Position numbers and translations under genes: made by a program. From NCBI GenBank assembly GCA_964629265.1, contig CAZVQM010000001.1, positions 1 through 56,622 on the forward strand: DNA of 56,622 nucleotides, in the 5' to 3' direction. Source of the DNA: an uncultured Candidatus Saccharibacteria bacterium. Lineage in GTDB: Bacteria; Patescibacteriota; Minisyncoccia; Sungbacterales; HO2-52-23. Below are positions 1-8,913 of the stretch, piece by piece (within the stretch, counting starts at the first letter, position 1; the number at the start of each line of letters is the position of its first letter). The notes under the pieces were generated by a model. That model ran no database searches and had not been told where the DNA came from. It saw only the letters and a program-made list of their open reading frames with translations.

Positions 1-120
1 GTCGAAGACCATGCAAACTTCGCCTCCCATTGTTTTAAACACGTAATAGGCTCGCCCTAAATATTCAACCATCCAATCTTTTAAAAAGCAGGTTTCTTCG
101 CTTGTTGCATAAGCTCTCAA
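1..120 (-). CDS. 5' end of an unidentified CDS running off the left window edge (partial)
   Basis: The minus-strand frame is open from TTG at 120-118 (AGGAGG 6 nt upstream) through an in-frame ATG at 12-10 to position 1. It is too short to assign a family. Confidence 0.2.
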   Translation of the reverse strand, partial: MRAYATSEETCFLKDWMVEYLGRAYYVFKTMGGEVCMVFD

Positions 121-170
121 AATTCCGCCTCCTATTGTCGAAAAATATATTGGCTCGCGGAAAACGTTTT

Positions 171-1085
171 TTATGGAAGATTGTATTCTTTCTTGAGCTC
201 TTGGATCCCTTCTTCAAAAGAGATCTTCGGCTCCCAGCCGAGGAGTTCTTTTGCTTTCCTGTTGTCCGCGAGTGTTTCGTGGACTTCGCCCTCGCGCGGA
301 TTCGTAAATTCCCACTCGCCGCCGATCATTTGGGCGACCTCAAGAACGCTATAGCTTTTCCCCGTACCAATATTTATAATCTCCCCCTTTCCGACACTCG
401 CCGGTGACATTGAAAGAAGATTTGCTGCCGCGACGTCCCAGACGTGGGTAAAATCGCGCCGCTGTTTACCATCGGGGACCACAGGCATAGGACGATTATT
501 TTTCCTTTCCTCCAAAAAAATCCCTATGACGGTCGCATACGGCCCGTCTTTTGAGGTGGTTTGGCGCGGCCCGTAGACATTGAAATACCGAAGCGATACG
601 GTCTCAAGCCCGTAGAATTTTGACGCCATTTGGCAATACTGCTCGCCAACGCGCTTTTGAATCGCATAGGGAATCACGGGCTCCGGAGCCATGTCTTCTT
701 TGAGGGGCATGGGATGGCGGGGCCCGTAGGCCGAAGAAGAAGCGGAATACACCACACGCGAAACCCCGGCATCCCGCGCGGCAAGAAGGACATTGAGAGT
801 TCCGGTGATATTTATATCATTGGTGAGCTTCGGCTCTTTAATTGAGTATTGCATCCGCGGCTGAGCCGCGACATGAAAAATGCCCGCGGTACCCGCGAAA
901 ATCGCGGGAAGTTTTTCCGCATCACGAATATCGACTTCATGGAACGTGGCGCCCGGATTCAGACGCTCGCGCTTCCCCGTCAATAAGTTGTCTATCACAT
1001 GGACGTCATCGCCCCGCCGGACGAGCTGGTCTACGACGTGCGAGCCGATAAATCCCGCTCCTCCGGTAACCACGTATTTTGCCAT
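171..1085 (-). CDS. NAD-dependent nucleotide-sugar epimerase/dehydratase (extended SDR, GalE/WbpP-like)
   Basis: 304 aa. N-terminal Rossmann motif 'VVTGGAGFIGSH', 'YSASSSAYG', and catalytic YxxxK in 'PYAIQKRVGE'. Confidence 0.85.
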   Translation of the reverse strand: MAKYVVTGGAGFIGSHVVDQLVRRGDDVHVIDNLLTGKRERLNPGATFHEVDIRDAEKLPAIFAGTAGIFHVAAQPRMQYSIKEPKLTNDINITGTLNVLLAARDAGVSRVVYSASSSAYGPRHPMPLKEDMAPEPVIPYAIQKRVGEQYCQMASKFYGLETVSLRYFNVYGPRQTTSKDGPYATVIGIFLEERKNNRPMPVVPDGKQRRDFTHVWDVAAANLLSMSPASVGKGEIINIGTGKSYSVLEVAQMIGGEWEFTNPREGEVHETLADNRKAKELLGWEPKISFEEGIQELKKEYNLP

Positions 1086-1094
1086 GACAGTATG

Positions 1095-2018
1095 TTAATC
1101 GATTTTTGTAAATTCCTTCTTTACCTCCGGGCTCCGAACGCCAAGTTTTTTCGCAATCCACTCATAATCATGGACACTTACGTCATCGGGCGTAAGCCCT
1201 TGATCACGCAAAAGCTCCTCGTTGTATGTGCGGTCTGCAGCAAGAAGCGCACGAACCCGCGCGAGCCCCCGCTCCTCGGCGTGCGCGATTAAGCCATCGG
1301 TATCTTTCACAAAACAGTACCCTCCGTATCCGCGGTAGCCGCCGTGATACACGTCTAAATGCGAAGCGCCGATCCGCGAGTCCGCGGAAAACGCCGCTCG
1401 AATTTTTTCGTAATCGACGCCGTGGTGAGACGCAATATCGTATATCGCGTTCGCAAAAACAACTTTGCGCGCAAGGAGCACATTTCCCGCATACTTCACG
1501 ATCTCTGCTTCCGTTGCCGTAAGATCGAGCGAATCAGAAGGGGAAGAAACCGACGCTGCCGGCAGGAGCGCGAGAATGTCTCCTGCCGCGCTGCGGCTTT
1601 CCGCGGTCCAACCCACGAGCTGTCGGTCGGGATACACAAAGTCTTCCCATGCGCGTTGCTCCGTCAAAAATTCGGGGTTGAACAAAAACCGATGCATCGG
1701 GAATTGCTTTTGCAGCCGTTCAGTTGTCCCGGGCGGAACCGTTGATTTAAGGATGATGATTTTCGACGACGCGAACTCCGCAACCGCCGACTCCACAATA
1801 CTCGTATTCGCCGCGCCGGATGCGGCCCGCGGCGTGGGAACAGCAACAAACACGATATCGGCGCGCTCCACGTCGTCAAAAAATCCCTTTGCCGGATCGC
1901 GGTCGAATAAAAAAAGATTCTCGCCGCGCGTGAGTCCCCGCACCGCCTCGAAGTAACGTTTAAGGGGCATCCCCACCATGCCGACACCCACAACACCGAT
2001 GCGCATACCATTCATCAA
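1095..2018 (-). CDS. UDP-sugar 6-dehydrogenase family protein, short form lacking the C-terminal UDP-binding domain
   Basis: NAD-binding motif 'RIGVVGVGMVGMP' and catalytic-Cys motif 'GGYCFVKD'. The ORF ends about 60 aa after the Cys. The likelier start is the ATG at 2006 (MRIGVVG). Confidence 0.7.
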   Translation of the reverse strand: MMNGMRIGVVGVGMVGMPLKRYFEAVRGLTRGENLFLFDRDPAKGFFDDVERADIVFVAVPTPRAASGAANTSIVESAVAEFASSKIIILKSTVPPGTTERLQKQFPMHRFLFNPEFLTEQRAWEDFVYPDRQLVGWTAESRSAAGDILALLPAASVSSPSDSLDLTATEAEIVKYAGNVLLARKVVFANAIYDIASHHGVDYEKIRAAFSADSRIGASHLDVYHGGYRGYGGYCFVKDTDGLIAHAEERGLARVRALLAADRTYNEELLRDQGLTPDDVSVHDYEWIAKKLGVRSPEVKKEFTKID

Positions 2019-2035
2019 AAAATATAACTGATCCT

Positions 2036-4351
2036 CTACGGCACTTGTTTCAACGCCTCAAGAAGACGATCCACATCCGCACCGCGGTCAGGAGCAATGG
2101 CGCGCGCTTCCTCCGCGGCGCGACGCGCCTCTTCCCCGCGGCCAGCTTGGCCGAGCAATGCGGCGTATATGAGCCGATTCTCAAAGCTTGTCGGGTTCAC
2201 TTCCGTAAGGCGTTTATAGACCGAAAGCGCGTTTGCGTAATCCCCCACCTGACGATAGACCTGTCCCACACGAGTAAGCACCTCCGCGTTTAATGCGCTG
2301 ATTAAGAGCTCGGAACGGACTTCCGCAACAAGATCAGATTTCCCGGAAATAAGCGACAGCATCAGCAGATTCGCGCCGGCCTCGTGGTAGTTCCGGTCAA
2401 GATCCCATGCGGACCGCAGCACCTGAATCGCTTCATCGCCTCTTCCCATGCTCAAATAGAGCTGCGCCAGCTGAAAATAAATGATCTGCTTTGTGGGACT
2501 TACGCGAATTGCTTCTTTAAGGACCTGCTCCGCCTCACCCGCGGCCGTAGGATCAAAAAATGCTTTTTGAGACAGGAGTGCTCCAAGAAAAAGAAGATGC
2601 TTCACGTCTCTTCCCGGACCCACTGTCTCCTTCTTAAGCTCATCAATGGTAAATTGCAAAAATGCTCTCCGGTCACCATCGGGAAACGACTCATTTGCCG
2701 CGATGCCACGAGCAAAATTCGAAAGCTGTTCCCGCACTTCGGAGTCACCAAAAGTATTAAATGCAAGCGCCTCTTCAAATGCGGCTGTAAGTTCCGAAAG
2801 CGTGAACGTTTGATGCGTACTGGGAAAGTTGAGCGCACGGATAAGCGCTTTTGACTCTTGGATCGGCTTCACGTGAAGATAGTAACCGCCAAAGGAAAAC
2901 GCCACAAGGAAAAGTGCTGTAGCCGCATACGCTTTTCCAGACGCCTCTCGCCGATTCTCAAGCGAGCGGGGAATGACAGTCGGCGTTGGAACAGAAGCCG
3001 AAGAAAAATGAACGTACGCAAGGAACGCAAAAAACAAAAGGTACGTATTCAGGTTATCGAATACGAATATGTTTTGGAAAAAGTACGAAAGAAAGAGTGC
3101 CGACAGAACAATACCGTACCAGGCGCGCAATGCGCCGCACGCCACCGCACGCCACATCATGAAAAATGCCGAGCCGAAAAGCCCGAGGTACAAAAGTAAC
3201 CCAGAAAAACCCGTATTAATAAGCCAGTCAAAAAACACATTATGGGAGCGGTCAAACCACGGCTCCTGGGCGAAAAGCCCGGGTTCGAAATATTTCTGAA
3301 ACACGAGATAGTAATTCTCCTGGCCCCAGCCGAGAAACGGCCGTTCGAGCGCGGCTTTCGCAGACATCTGCCATATGAGGAATCGCGACTTAATCGTGGT
3401 CTCCTGGAGCGAATATTTCGTGATGCGATTGAGCGCCGGGCGAGATAGCACAAACTCCGAATCCCGTATACTCCAGAAAAAGAACGGAAGCGCAATACTC
3501 ACAATGAAAAAAGCCAGCGCGCATTTCCGACCGAGCGACCAGCCGGAATAAGGACCCATCCCGGATTGGTTCTCCAAGTCGTTTCTCCCTTTTCTATTCC
3601 CAAAGAATTGAACTTCTGCGGCTATCCGCGGCCAAAACCACACAACGGCACCGACAAACGGAATAAGGATAAGTGCCAACGCGAGGGTCACACCGCGTGT
3701 CGCCGTAAAATAGATAATCGCAAGCTCAAAAACCATTATCGCCGCGTAGAACGCGGTTCGCCACCACTTACCCCACCACTGATATAAGAAAAGAGCAAGG
3801 AGCCATACGTGAAAAAGAAGGTACGCGGCCAAGTATGTGGGGTTTCCGATTGTCGAATCAACCCGGAAACCTCCCTGCAGCGAAACGCGGTATCCCATTT
3901 TTTGAAGCAGAGCCACGTACGAGACCGCGATGCTCGCGAAAATCGTCATGTGAAAAAATACCATCCATTCGCGCTTCGAGAATACCGATGCAAGCATGAC
4001 AAAATAAAGATAGAGATGGAAAAGCATCAGGAACCCTTCCATGCGCTCGTAGTTCGAGAAAAACGCGCGGTACGGATTCGGACTGAAAAAATCCGCAAGG
4101 AAGAGCACAACAATGAGTGCCGTCGCAACCTTAAAAAGAGGCGTTAGGCGCGGACGATATTCTTCCTTTAAAACAGCGAGTCCCACCCAGAACGCAAAAA
4201 TGATTTCAATGATAATCCGAAACGCGAAATTCTTCCCGGTGATGAACGGGAAGAGCATGGATGATGAGACGTAGAGGGGCAAGAACGGAATTGTCCAAAG
4301 CCCGATTTTTACAATCCAGAGGGAAAATTGTTCAAACGCACTTTTTCTCAT
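2036..4351 (-). CDS. Polytopic O-antigen ligase/polymerase-like (Wzy_C-type) membrane protein fused to C-terminal TPR repeats
   Basis: 771 aa. The first ~470 aa are strongly hydrophobic with many predicted TM segments. The C-terminal ~270 aa show TPR-like repeats, e.g. 'IIYFQLAQLYLSMGRGDEAIQVLRSAWDLD' and 'VGQVYRQVGDYANALSVYKRLTEVNP'. Confidence 0.7.
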   Translation of the reverse strand: MRKSAFEQFSLWIVKIGLWTIPFLPLYVSSSMLFPFITGKNFAFRIIIEIIFAFWVGLAVLKEEYRPRLTPLFKVATALIVVLFLADFFSPNPYRAFFSNYERMEGFLMLFHLYLYFVMLASVFSKREWMVFFHMTIFASIAVSYVALLQKMGYRVSLQGGFRVDSTIGNPTYLAAYLLFHVWLLALFLYQWWGKWWRTAFYAAIMVFELAIIYFTATRGVTLALALILIPFVGAVVWFWPRIAAEVQFFGNRKGRNDLENQSGMGPYSGWSLGRKCALAFFIVSIALPFFFWSIRDSEFVLSRPALNRITKYSLQETTIKSRFLIWQMSAKAALERPFLGWGQENYYLVFQKYFEPGLFAQEPWFDRSHNVFFDWLINTGFSGLLLYLGLFGSAFFMMWRAVACGALRAWYGIVLSALFLSYFFQNIFVFDNLNTYLLFFAFLAYVHFSSASVPTPTVIPRSLENRREASGKAYAATALFLVAFSFGGYYLHVKPIQESKALIRALNFPSTHQTFTLSELTAAFEEALAFNTFGDSEVREQLSNFARGIAANESFPDGDRRAFLQFTIDELKKETVGPGRDVKHLLFLGALLSQKAFFDPTAAGEAEQVLKEAIRVSPTKQIIYFQLAQLYLSMGRGDEAIQVLRSAWDLDRNYHEAGANLLMLSLISGKSDLVAEVRSELLISALNAEVLTRVGQVYRQVGDYANALSVYKRLTEVNPTSFENRLIYAALLGQAGRGEEARRAAEEARAIAPDRGADVDRLLEALKQVP

Positions 4352-4375
4352 GTTCGCGGCGTATAGAATAAAGCG

Positions 4376-4654
4376 CTACATTATTTTAAACCATCGAAAA
4401 AAGGCATAGCGGAGCAAAAACGTCCCGCCGACGACAATAGTGCTCGAAATAAGCGTTGGAATCAGAAAAAAATCAATCAAGAGCCACAAAAGAATGATAT
4501 TGAGAAGCGAAAAAAAACTGCCCATCCATGCGTAATGAATAAAGCTTTTTTCCGCAAAAAAACCGATAAGAGGTATTCGCTTCAATATTTCGAGGATGCG
4601 CGCCATATCAAAAAACACTTGCTCCAGTATACTCGCTTCCCCGCAACACTTCAA
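4376..4654 (-). CDS. Small GtrA-like membrane protein (possible lipid-linked sugar translocase component)
   Basis: Two to three hydrophobic helices and a C-terminal 'TFLLRYAFFRWF' resembling the GtrA family C-terminus. The track start is TTG. The ATG at 4606 (MARILEIL, 76 aa) is the more likely start. Confidence 0.35.
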   Translation of the reverse strand: MKCCGEASILEQVFFDMARILEILKRIPLIGFFAEKSFIHYAWMGSFFSLLNIILLWLLIDFFLIPTLISSTIVVGGTFLLRYAFFRWFKIM

Positions 4655-4661
4655 TAGGGGG

Positions 4662-4690
4662 TTGACGATAAATTCTGGGACTGATACTGT
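4662..4690 (+). promoter_or_regulatory. Putative sigma70-type promoter for the small ORF and GT2 unit
   Basis: TTGACG (4662-4667), a 17-nt spacer, then TACTGT (4685-4690), about 28 nt upstream of the ATG at 4718. Confidence 0.3.
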
Positions 4691-4717
4691 TAAGGCAGCA
4701 ACCGATGGAGGGATGTT

Positions 4718-4867
4718 ATGGATGACGACACCGAACGCGCACTAATCAACTATCTGGCCGAGTGGAAACGATATGAACAAGAAGCGATGGGACGAGGCGC
4801 CTCCACGAGCGGATCAGGAATCATCACAAACATAGAAAAAATAGAACAAATGCTCGATCCGAAATAG
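4718..4867 (+). CDS. Small hypothetical protein (49 aa)
   Basis: Hand translation gives 'MDDDTERALINYLAEWKRYEQEAMGRGASTSGSGIITNIEKIEQMLDPK'. GGAGG lies 5 nt upstream of the ATG. The ORF ends in a GNRA-loop intrinsic terminator. It falls below the ORF-track length cutoff. Confidence 0.45.
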   Translation: MDDDTERALINYLAEWKRYEQEAMGRGASTSGSGIITNIEKIEQMLDPK

Positions 4868-4886
4868 CGGGGAAACCCGCTTTTTT
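4867..4886 (+). terminator. Rho-independent terminator
   Basis: GCGGG-GAAA-CCCGC hairpin (4867-4880) followed by TTTTTT (4881-4886). Confidence 0.7.
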
Positions 4887-4893
4887 CTCTACG

Positions 4894-4902
4894 TGTTATA
4901 CT
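4894..4902 (+). promoter_or_regulatory. Possible extended -10 promoter (TGTTATACT) just upstream of the GT2 start
   Basis: TGn + TATACT at 4894-4902. The ATG at 4911 lies 8 nt downstream and has no Shine-Dalgarno, a geometry compatible with a leaderless or near-leaderless mRNA. Confidence 0.3.
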
Positions 4903-4910
4903 CTATATAT

Positions 4911-5831
4911 ATGAAACCAGTCAAACTTTCGCTTATCGCGCCGGCGCATAACGAAGAAGATAATATAAGACCTTTTGTAGAGAAGGTCCTTGAAACATTC
5001 AGGAAAAATTCGATTGAAGGCGAAATCATCATGGTGGATGACGCCTCGAACGACCGGACGCGAACGCTGCTTCACGAACTGAAGGCGCGAACACCGAACA
5101 TGCAGATCATCGAAAACCGCGTCCGCATGGGAATCACCGGTTCGATCCAGCAGGGATACGACGTGGCGCAAGGAACGTACATCATCTTTCTCCCTTCTGA
5201 TCTTCAATCGGACCCGGGAGAAGATATTCCAAAGCTTTTAGAACCGCTCGAACAAGGGTACGACATCGCGGCGGGATTCCGGCAAAACCGCGTGGAAGAA
5301 ACGGTAAAAATCATCTCTTCGAGGATATTCAACGCGGTCTCGCGGATTCTTTTTGGCGTATCGTTTCGGGATCTTGGGTGGATCAAGGGATTTAGGCGCG
5401 ACATCCTCGATGAGCTTGGACCGCTTCGCTCGGACTGGCACCGCTTTTTTTTGATCCTTGCCGCGGAAAAAGGATTTAAAATTCTTGAAGTGCCGACAAC
5501 GGTCTACCCGCGAAAATTCGGAAAGTCAAAATTCGGAAAAACGGGATTTGGCCGCGCGTTCGGTGCTCTTTTGGATATCATTTCGATCCGGCTTTTGCTC
5601 TCGTTTTCCCGGAAACCCATGTTTGTCTTCGGGTCGCTCGGCGGCATCTCGCTTTTCGCGGGTTTTGCCGGCGGATCATACCTTATCTATCTCAAGATCG
5701 CACAGGGCTCCATCGGAGCCCATATCCCGCTTCTCTTCTTCGTGGTCCTCTCCGTAATCTCGGGCATCCAATTTTTCATGTTCGGCTTTATTGCCGAGAT
5801 GATTGCAGGGATAAAGGAAAAAAAGAAATAG
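4911..5831 (+). CDS. GT2 polyprenyl-phosphate glycosyltransferase (GtrB/ArnC/Dpm1-like)
   Basis: Motifs 'LSLIAPAHNEEDNI' and 'MVDDASNDRT'. An acidic 'PSDLQSDP' motif is also present. Two C-terminal TM helices ('MFVFGSLGGISLFAGFAGG', 'LLFFVVLSVISGIQFFMFGFIA') are typical of this subfamily. The ATG at 4911 is preferred over the GTG at 4893. Confidence 0.85.
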   Translation: MKPVKLSLIAPAHNEEDNIRPFVEKVLETFRKNSIEGEIIMVDDASNDRTRTLLHELKARTPNMQIIENRVRMGITGSIQQGYDVAQGTYIIFLPSDLQSDPGEDIPKLLEPLEQGYDIAAGFRQNRVEETVKIISSRIFNAVSRILFGVSFRDLGWIKGFRRDILDELGPLRSDWHRFFLILAAEKGFKILEVPTTVYPRKFGKSKFGKTGFGRAFGALLDIISIRLLLSFSRKPMFVFGSLGGISLFAGFAGGSYLIYLKIAQGSIGAHIPLLFFVVLSVISGIQFFMFGFIAEMIAGIKEKKK

Positions 5832-5859
5832 TGCACACCGTAATCCTTTTCGATCTCTA

Positions 5860-5888
5860 TTGACTTTCGTGCGGAGACATCAGATAAT
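5860..5888 (+). promoter_or_regulatory. Putative sigma70-type promoter for the deacetylase gene
   Basis: TTGACT (5860-5865), a 17-nt spacer, then GATAAT (5883-5888). Confidence 0.4.
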
Positions 5889-5894
5889 ACCGCA

Positions 5895-6788
5895 ATGATC
5901 CTTTCGGAGAAACTGATGCAAAGAGACGTCGTGCATATCGTCTTCCACAGCATTCGAGAGCGCGAAGACGAGGGGTTCGGCGATCCGTGGACAACGCCGG
6001 AACGCTTGAAAACAATCGTCGGACATCTCCTCGAGAATGATTGGACGATTCTTTCATGCGCCGAATTTGTCTCGAAGCGCGACCAAGGCGAACTCGACCC
6101 CGCCAAACGATACGCGACAATCTCGTTCGACGACGGATACCGCGACAATCTCGCGGCAGCGCAAATTCTCCACGGCCTCGGAGTGCGAGCAACGTTTTTC
6201 ATCATCTCTTCGACCATTCGCGGTATCATACCGGTATCCCATCGATTCCGCATAGTTCTTTCGCAGATCGCCCCGCATCTCTCGGTACAGAAAATAAAAG
6301 ACAGTCGGATGCGGTTGCGCCATCTGGTGGAAGAATTCCTCGGCGACCATCCGGCGGGAAACGAACTCTTTACCCGTATTGCGCGGGTACTCGGTCTCAA
6401 CGAGCAGAAACTTGTGCGTACGTTCTACCTTACCAAGAAGGAGATCCGGGGCGTAGAAGCACTCGACATGGAAATCGGATCTCATTCCGTGCACCACCTC
6501 TTTATAAATGAGCTTTCTCTCAAAGACGCAAAAAAGGAGATTGCGGCCTCGCATCAAGAGATCTCCGCCGTCGCATCTCCTCCGCGCTCGTTTGCATGGC
6601 CCTATGGCGCATGGGAGACGACGCCGGAGAAAGAAGAAAAGCTCTTTTCGCTCGCGTCGAAAATCTATGAAAGCGGCTGGGGATACCACCGTATACCGGT
6701 CGCAATCCGCGAGAACGAACGCTGGGCAATCTCCCGCATCGACGAAGCGGCATTCGAAGACGCAATAGGAATCGCTCCCTTGCCCTAG
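5895..6788 (+). CDS. Polysaccharide deacetylase (NodB homology domain; ArnD/NaxD-like context)
   Basis: NodB motifs 'ATISFDDGYRDN' and 'IGSHSVHH'. An alternative start is the ATG at 5916, which has GGAG 6 nt upstream. Confidence 0.8.
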   Translation: MILSEKLMQRDVVHIVFHSIREREDEGFGDPWTTPERLKTIVGHLLENDWTILSCAEFVSKRDQGELDPAKRYATISFDDGYRDNLAAAQILHGLGVRATFFIISSTIRGIIPVSHRFRIVLSQIAPHLSVQKIKDSRMRLRHLVEEFLGDHPAGNELFTRIARVLGLNEQKLVRTFYLTKKEIRGVEALDMEIGSHSVHHLFINELSLKDAKKEIAASHQEISAVASPPRSFAWPYGAWETTPEKEEKLFSLASKIYESGWGYHRIPVAIRENERWAISRIDEAAFEDAIGIAPLP

Positions 6789-6803
6789 AGGCAAGGGTTT
6801 TTT
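6777..6803. terminator. Intrinsic terminator between convergent genes
   Basis: Hairpin CCCTTGCC-CTAGA-GGCAAGGG (6777-6797) followed by TTTTTT (6798-6803). It lies between the + strand deacetylase stop and the - strand oxidoreductase stop at 6816. Confidence 0.65.
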
Positions 6804-6815
6804 GATACCGAGTAT

Positions 6816-7814
6816 TTACGAGATGTATTCTATGGCGAGCTTCCTCCCCAGAACAGCAGACCGGAGCGCGGCTTCGCATATGTGTACGGTCGCCAGATCT
6901 TCTCTCCCGATATTTTTCTTTGCGTCATACGAGACGGGGTCATGATCCGCCAGAGAGCGAAAGAAATACGAAAACTCGTCCGCCAAGGGATCACCTTTTT
7001 CGATCGGCGGAACACGGGGTTCTAAAGAGCCGGACGCATTCCCCGCGGCGTCAATGGAAAAATCATATACGCGCATTTCCTGCTTTTCCAAATCGGCATA
7101 TATTTTTTCCCGATCCGTAATCACCCAAAAATCCCGCGCTTTTTCCGGATGCACGCAGGAAAGTTCGAGCGACGCAAAAAAATCCGGATAGATGAGGTTC
7201 ACCATCGCCGAATCCTCTCGCTCGGGATCCAAAAGGTTCTGCCGCTCTGCGAATACGCTCGCCGGTCGGCGATCAAGGATAAAGTTTAAAATGTCGAAGA
7301 AGTGGATTCCGAAATTGAAAATAGCGCCGGAATCCGCCCAGAGCCGATTCTTGCCGCCGATGCAACGGCCGGTGATATAATGAATCTTTTGTCCGGCGGC
7401 GAGTTTCTCCTTGAGCGCGCGCACAACCGGATGAAAACGATAGAGATATCCGACGGAAAGAACAAGCGCTTTTTCATGAGCGAGCCGCACAAGTTCTGCG
7501 CTTTGCCGCGTAGAAAGCGTCATCGGCTTTTCCACGAGGACGTGTTTCCCTTCCGCGAGCGCCGACTGCACTATGTCGAAATGAAGAGCCGTGGGTGCTG
7601 CGACCAGAAGTGCGTCAACACGCGGAAGAAGTTCCCGATAATCGGAGTAATACGAAACACCGAGGCCCTTTGCAAAATCCGCCTTTGCCGGATCGGGATC
7701 CGCAATGCCGACAAACTCACACGCGAGGCGTCCAATGGTTTTTGCGTGGTTTTGTCCCCACCGGCCGCAGCCCACAAGACCAATCTTTACGCGCTTTTTT
7801 TCTACCTCCTCCAT
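6816..7814 (-). CDS. Gfo/Idh/MocA-family NAD(P) oxidoreductase (WbpB-like sugar 3-dehydrogenase context)
   Basis: N-terminal 'KIGLVGCGRWGQNHA' Rossmann motif and 'EKPM' motif ('VLVEKPMTLS'). It is adjacent to an aminotransferase and an acetyltransferase. Confidence 0.8.
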   Translation of the reverse strand: MEEVEKKRVKIGLVGCGRWGQNHAKTIGRLACEFVGIADPDPAKADFAKGLGVSYYSDYRELLPRVDALLVAAPTALHFDIVQSALAEGKHVLVEKPMTLSTRQSAELVRLAHEKALVLSVGYLYRFHPVVRALKEKLAAGQKIHYITGRCIGGKNRLWADSGAIFNFGIHFFDILNFILDRRPASVFAERQNLLDPEREDSAMVNLIYPDFFASLELSCVHPEKARDFWVITDREKIYADLEKQEMRVYDFSIDAAGNASGSLEPRVPPIEKGDPLADEFSYFFRSLADHDPVSYDAKKNIGREDLATVHICEAALRSAVLGRKLAIEYIS

Positions 7815-8911
7815 GATAGTATGACATCCCGTACATATTCCATTTCCTTTTTCTCCATAGTTGGGAAAAGCGGAATCGAAACAATTTCCCCGACAACCCG
7901 TTCCACATTCGGCAACGATGCGGAAACGGGATACGCCGGTTGCTTGTGGAGAGGAATCGGATAATGCACGTTTGTTTTCACTCCTCGTTCTTCGAGAAAT
8001 GCTCGAAACCCTTCGCGCTGCGACGCATCTTTTACCCGGACGACGTAGAGATGATAGACGTGCTCCGCCGGGTATCCCGGCGGAGGCGAGGGAAGAATCA
8101 CGGATGCTCCATCAAGATGCTCACGGTAAAATGACGCGATTGCCCGACGCTCGCGATTATGTTCGTCAAGATGCGCGAGCTTTACGCGAAGGATCGCGGC
8201 CTGGAGGCCGTCAAGGCGTGAATTCGCCCCGACGTATTTGTGGCTAAACCGGCCCCCTTCTTCACCGTGCGCGCGGAGCGCTCTCACGCGTTTTGCGATT
8301 GCCTCATCGTCGGTCACTACTGCCCCGCCGTCTCCCATAGCGCCGAGATTTTTTGACGGAAAAAAGCTGAACGCGGAAGCGGCGCCAAACGTGCCGACTT
8401 TTTTCCCTTGAAACGTCCCTCCGTGCGCCTGCGCGCAATCCTCAAGGATGGGAATATTTCTTGACCTTGCGATTTGGGTGATGCGCCCCATGTCGGCGGC
8501 CAATCCGTAGAGGTGGACGGGCACGATCGCCTTTGTTTTTGGCGTAATCGCTCGCTCGATTTTTTCCGGATCAATATTGAACGTGGCAGGGTCAATATCT
8601 ACGTACACCGGTCGCGCGCCCGCGCGCAAGATGGCTTCCGCGGTCGGGAAGGCGGAAAGCGAAGTCGTCGCGACCTCGTCGCCCGCGCCGATGCCGAGCG
8701 CAAGGAGCGAAAGGGTAATCGCGTCCGTGCCGTTTCCGACGCCTACCGCGAATTTTTTCCCGACCCATGAGGCAAACTCCCGCTCAAACGCCTCAACTTC
8801 CTCACCGAGGATAAAAGAGGATTTCCGAAGAACTCGGTCGATCGCCTCGTCGAGTTCGCGGCGCATCGATTCATGGATGCGCGTAAGGTTAAGAAGCGGA
8901 ATGTCTTTCAT
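7802..8911 (-). CDS. DegT/DnrJ/EryC1/StrS-family PLP sugar aminotransferase
   Basis: Motifs 'AVGVGNGTDAITL' and 'FSFFPSKNLGAMGDGGAVVTDD', with the Schiff-base Lys present. Confidence 0.9.
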   Translation of the reverse strand: MKDIPLLNLTRIHESMRRELDEAIDRVLRKSSFILGEEVEAFEREFASWVGKKFAVGVGNGTDAITLSLLALGIGAGDEVATTSLSAFPTAEAILRAGARPVYVDIDPATFNIDPEKIERAITPKTKAIVPVHLYGLAADMGRITQIARSRNIPILEDCAQAHGGTFQGKKVGTFGAASAFSFFPSKNLGAMGDGGAVVTDDEAIAKRVRALRAHGEEGGRFSHKYVGANSRLDGLQAAILRVKLAHLDEHNRERRAIASFYREHLDGASVILPSPPPGYPAEHVYHLYVVRVKDASQREGFRAFLEERGVKTNVHYPIPLHKQPAYPVSASLPNVERVVGEIVSIPLFPTMEKKEMEYVRDVILSWRR

Positions 8912-8913
8912 GG

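Noticed and set aside
11-160. Two ~45-nt imperfect direct repeats (about 11-56 and 113-160), each containing an SD-like GGAGGCG core on the minus strand.
   Set aside because: Identity is only ~65% by hand alignment. The repeats sit at the window edge, where the downstream gene cannot be seen. I cannot distinguish a duplicated leader from chance or coding periodicity.
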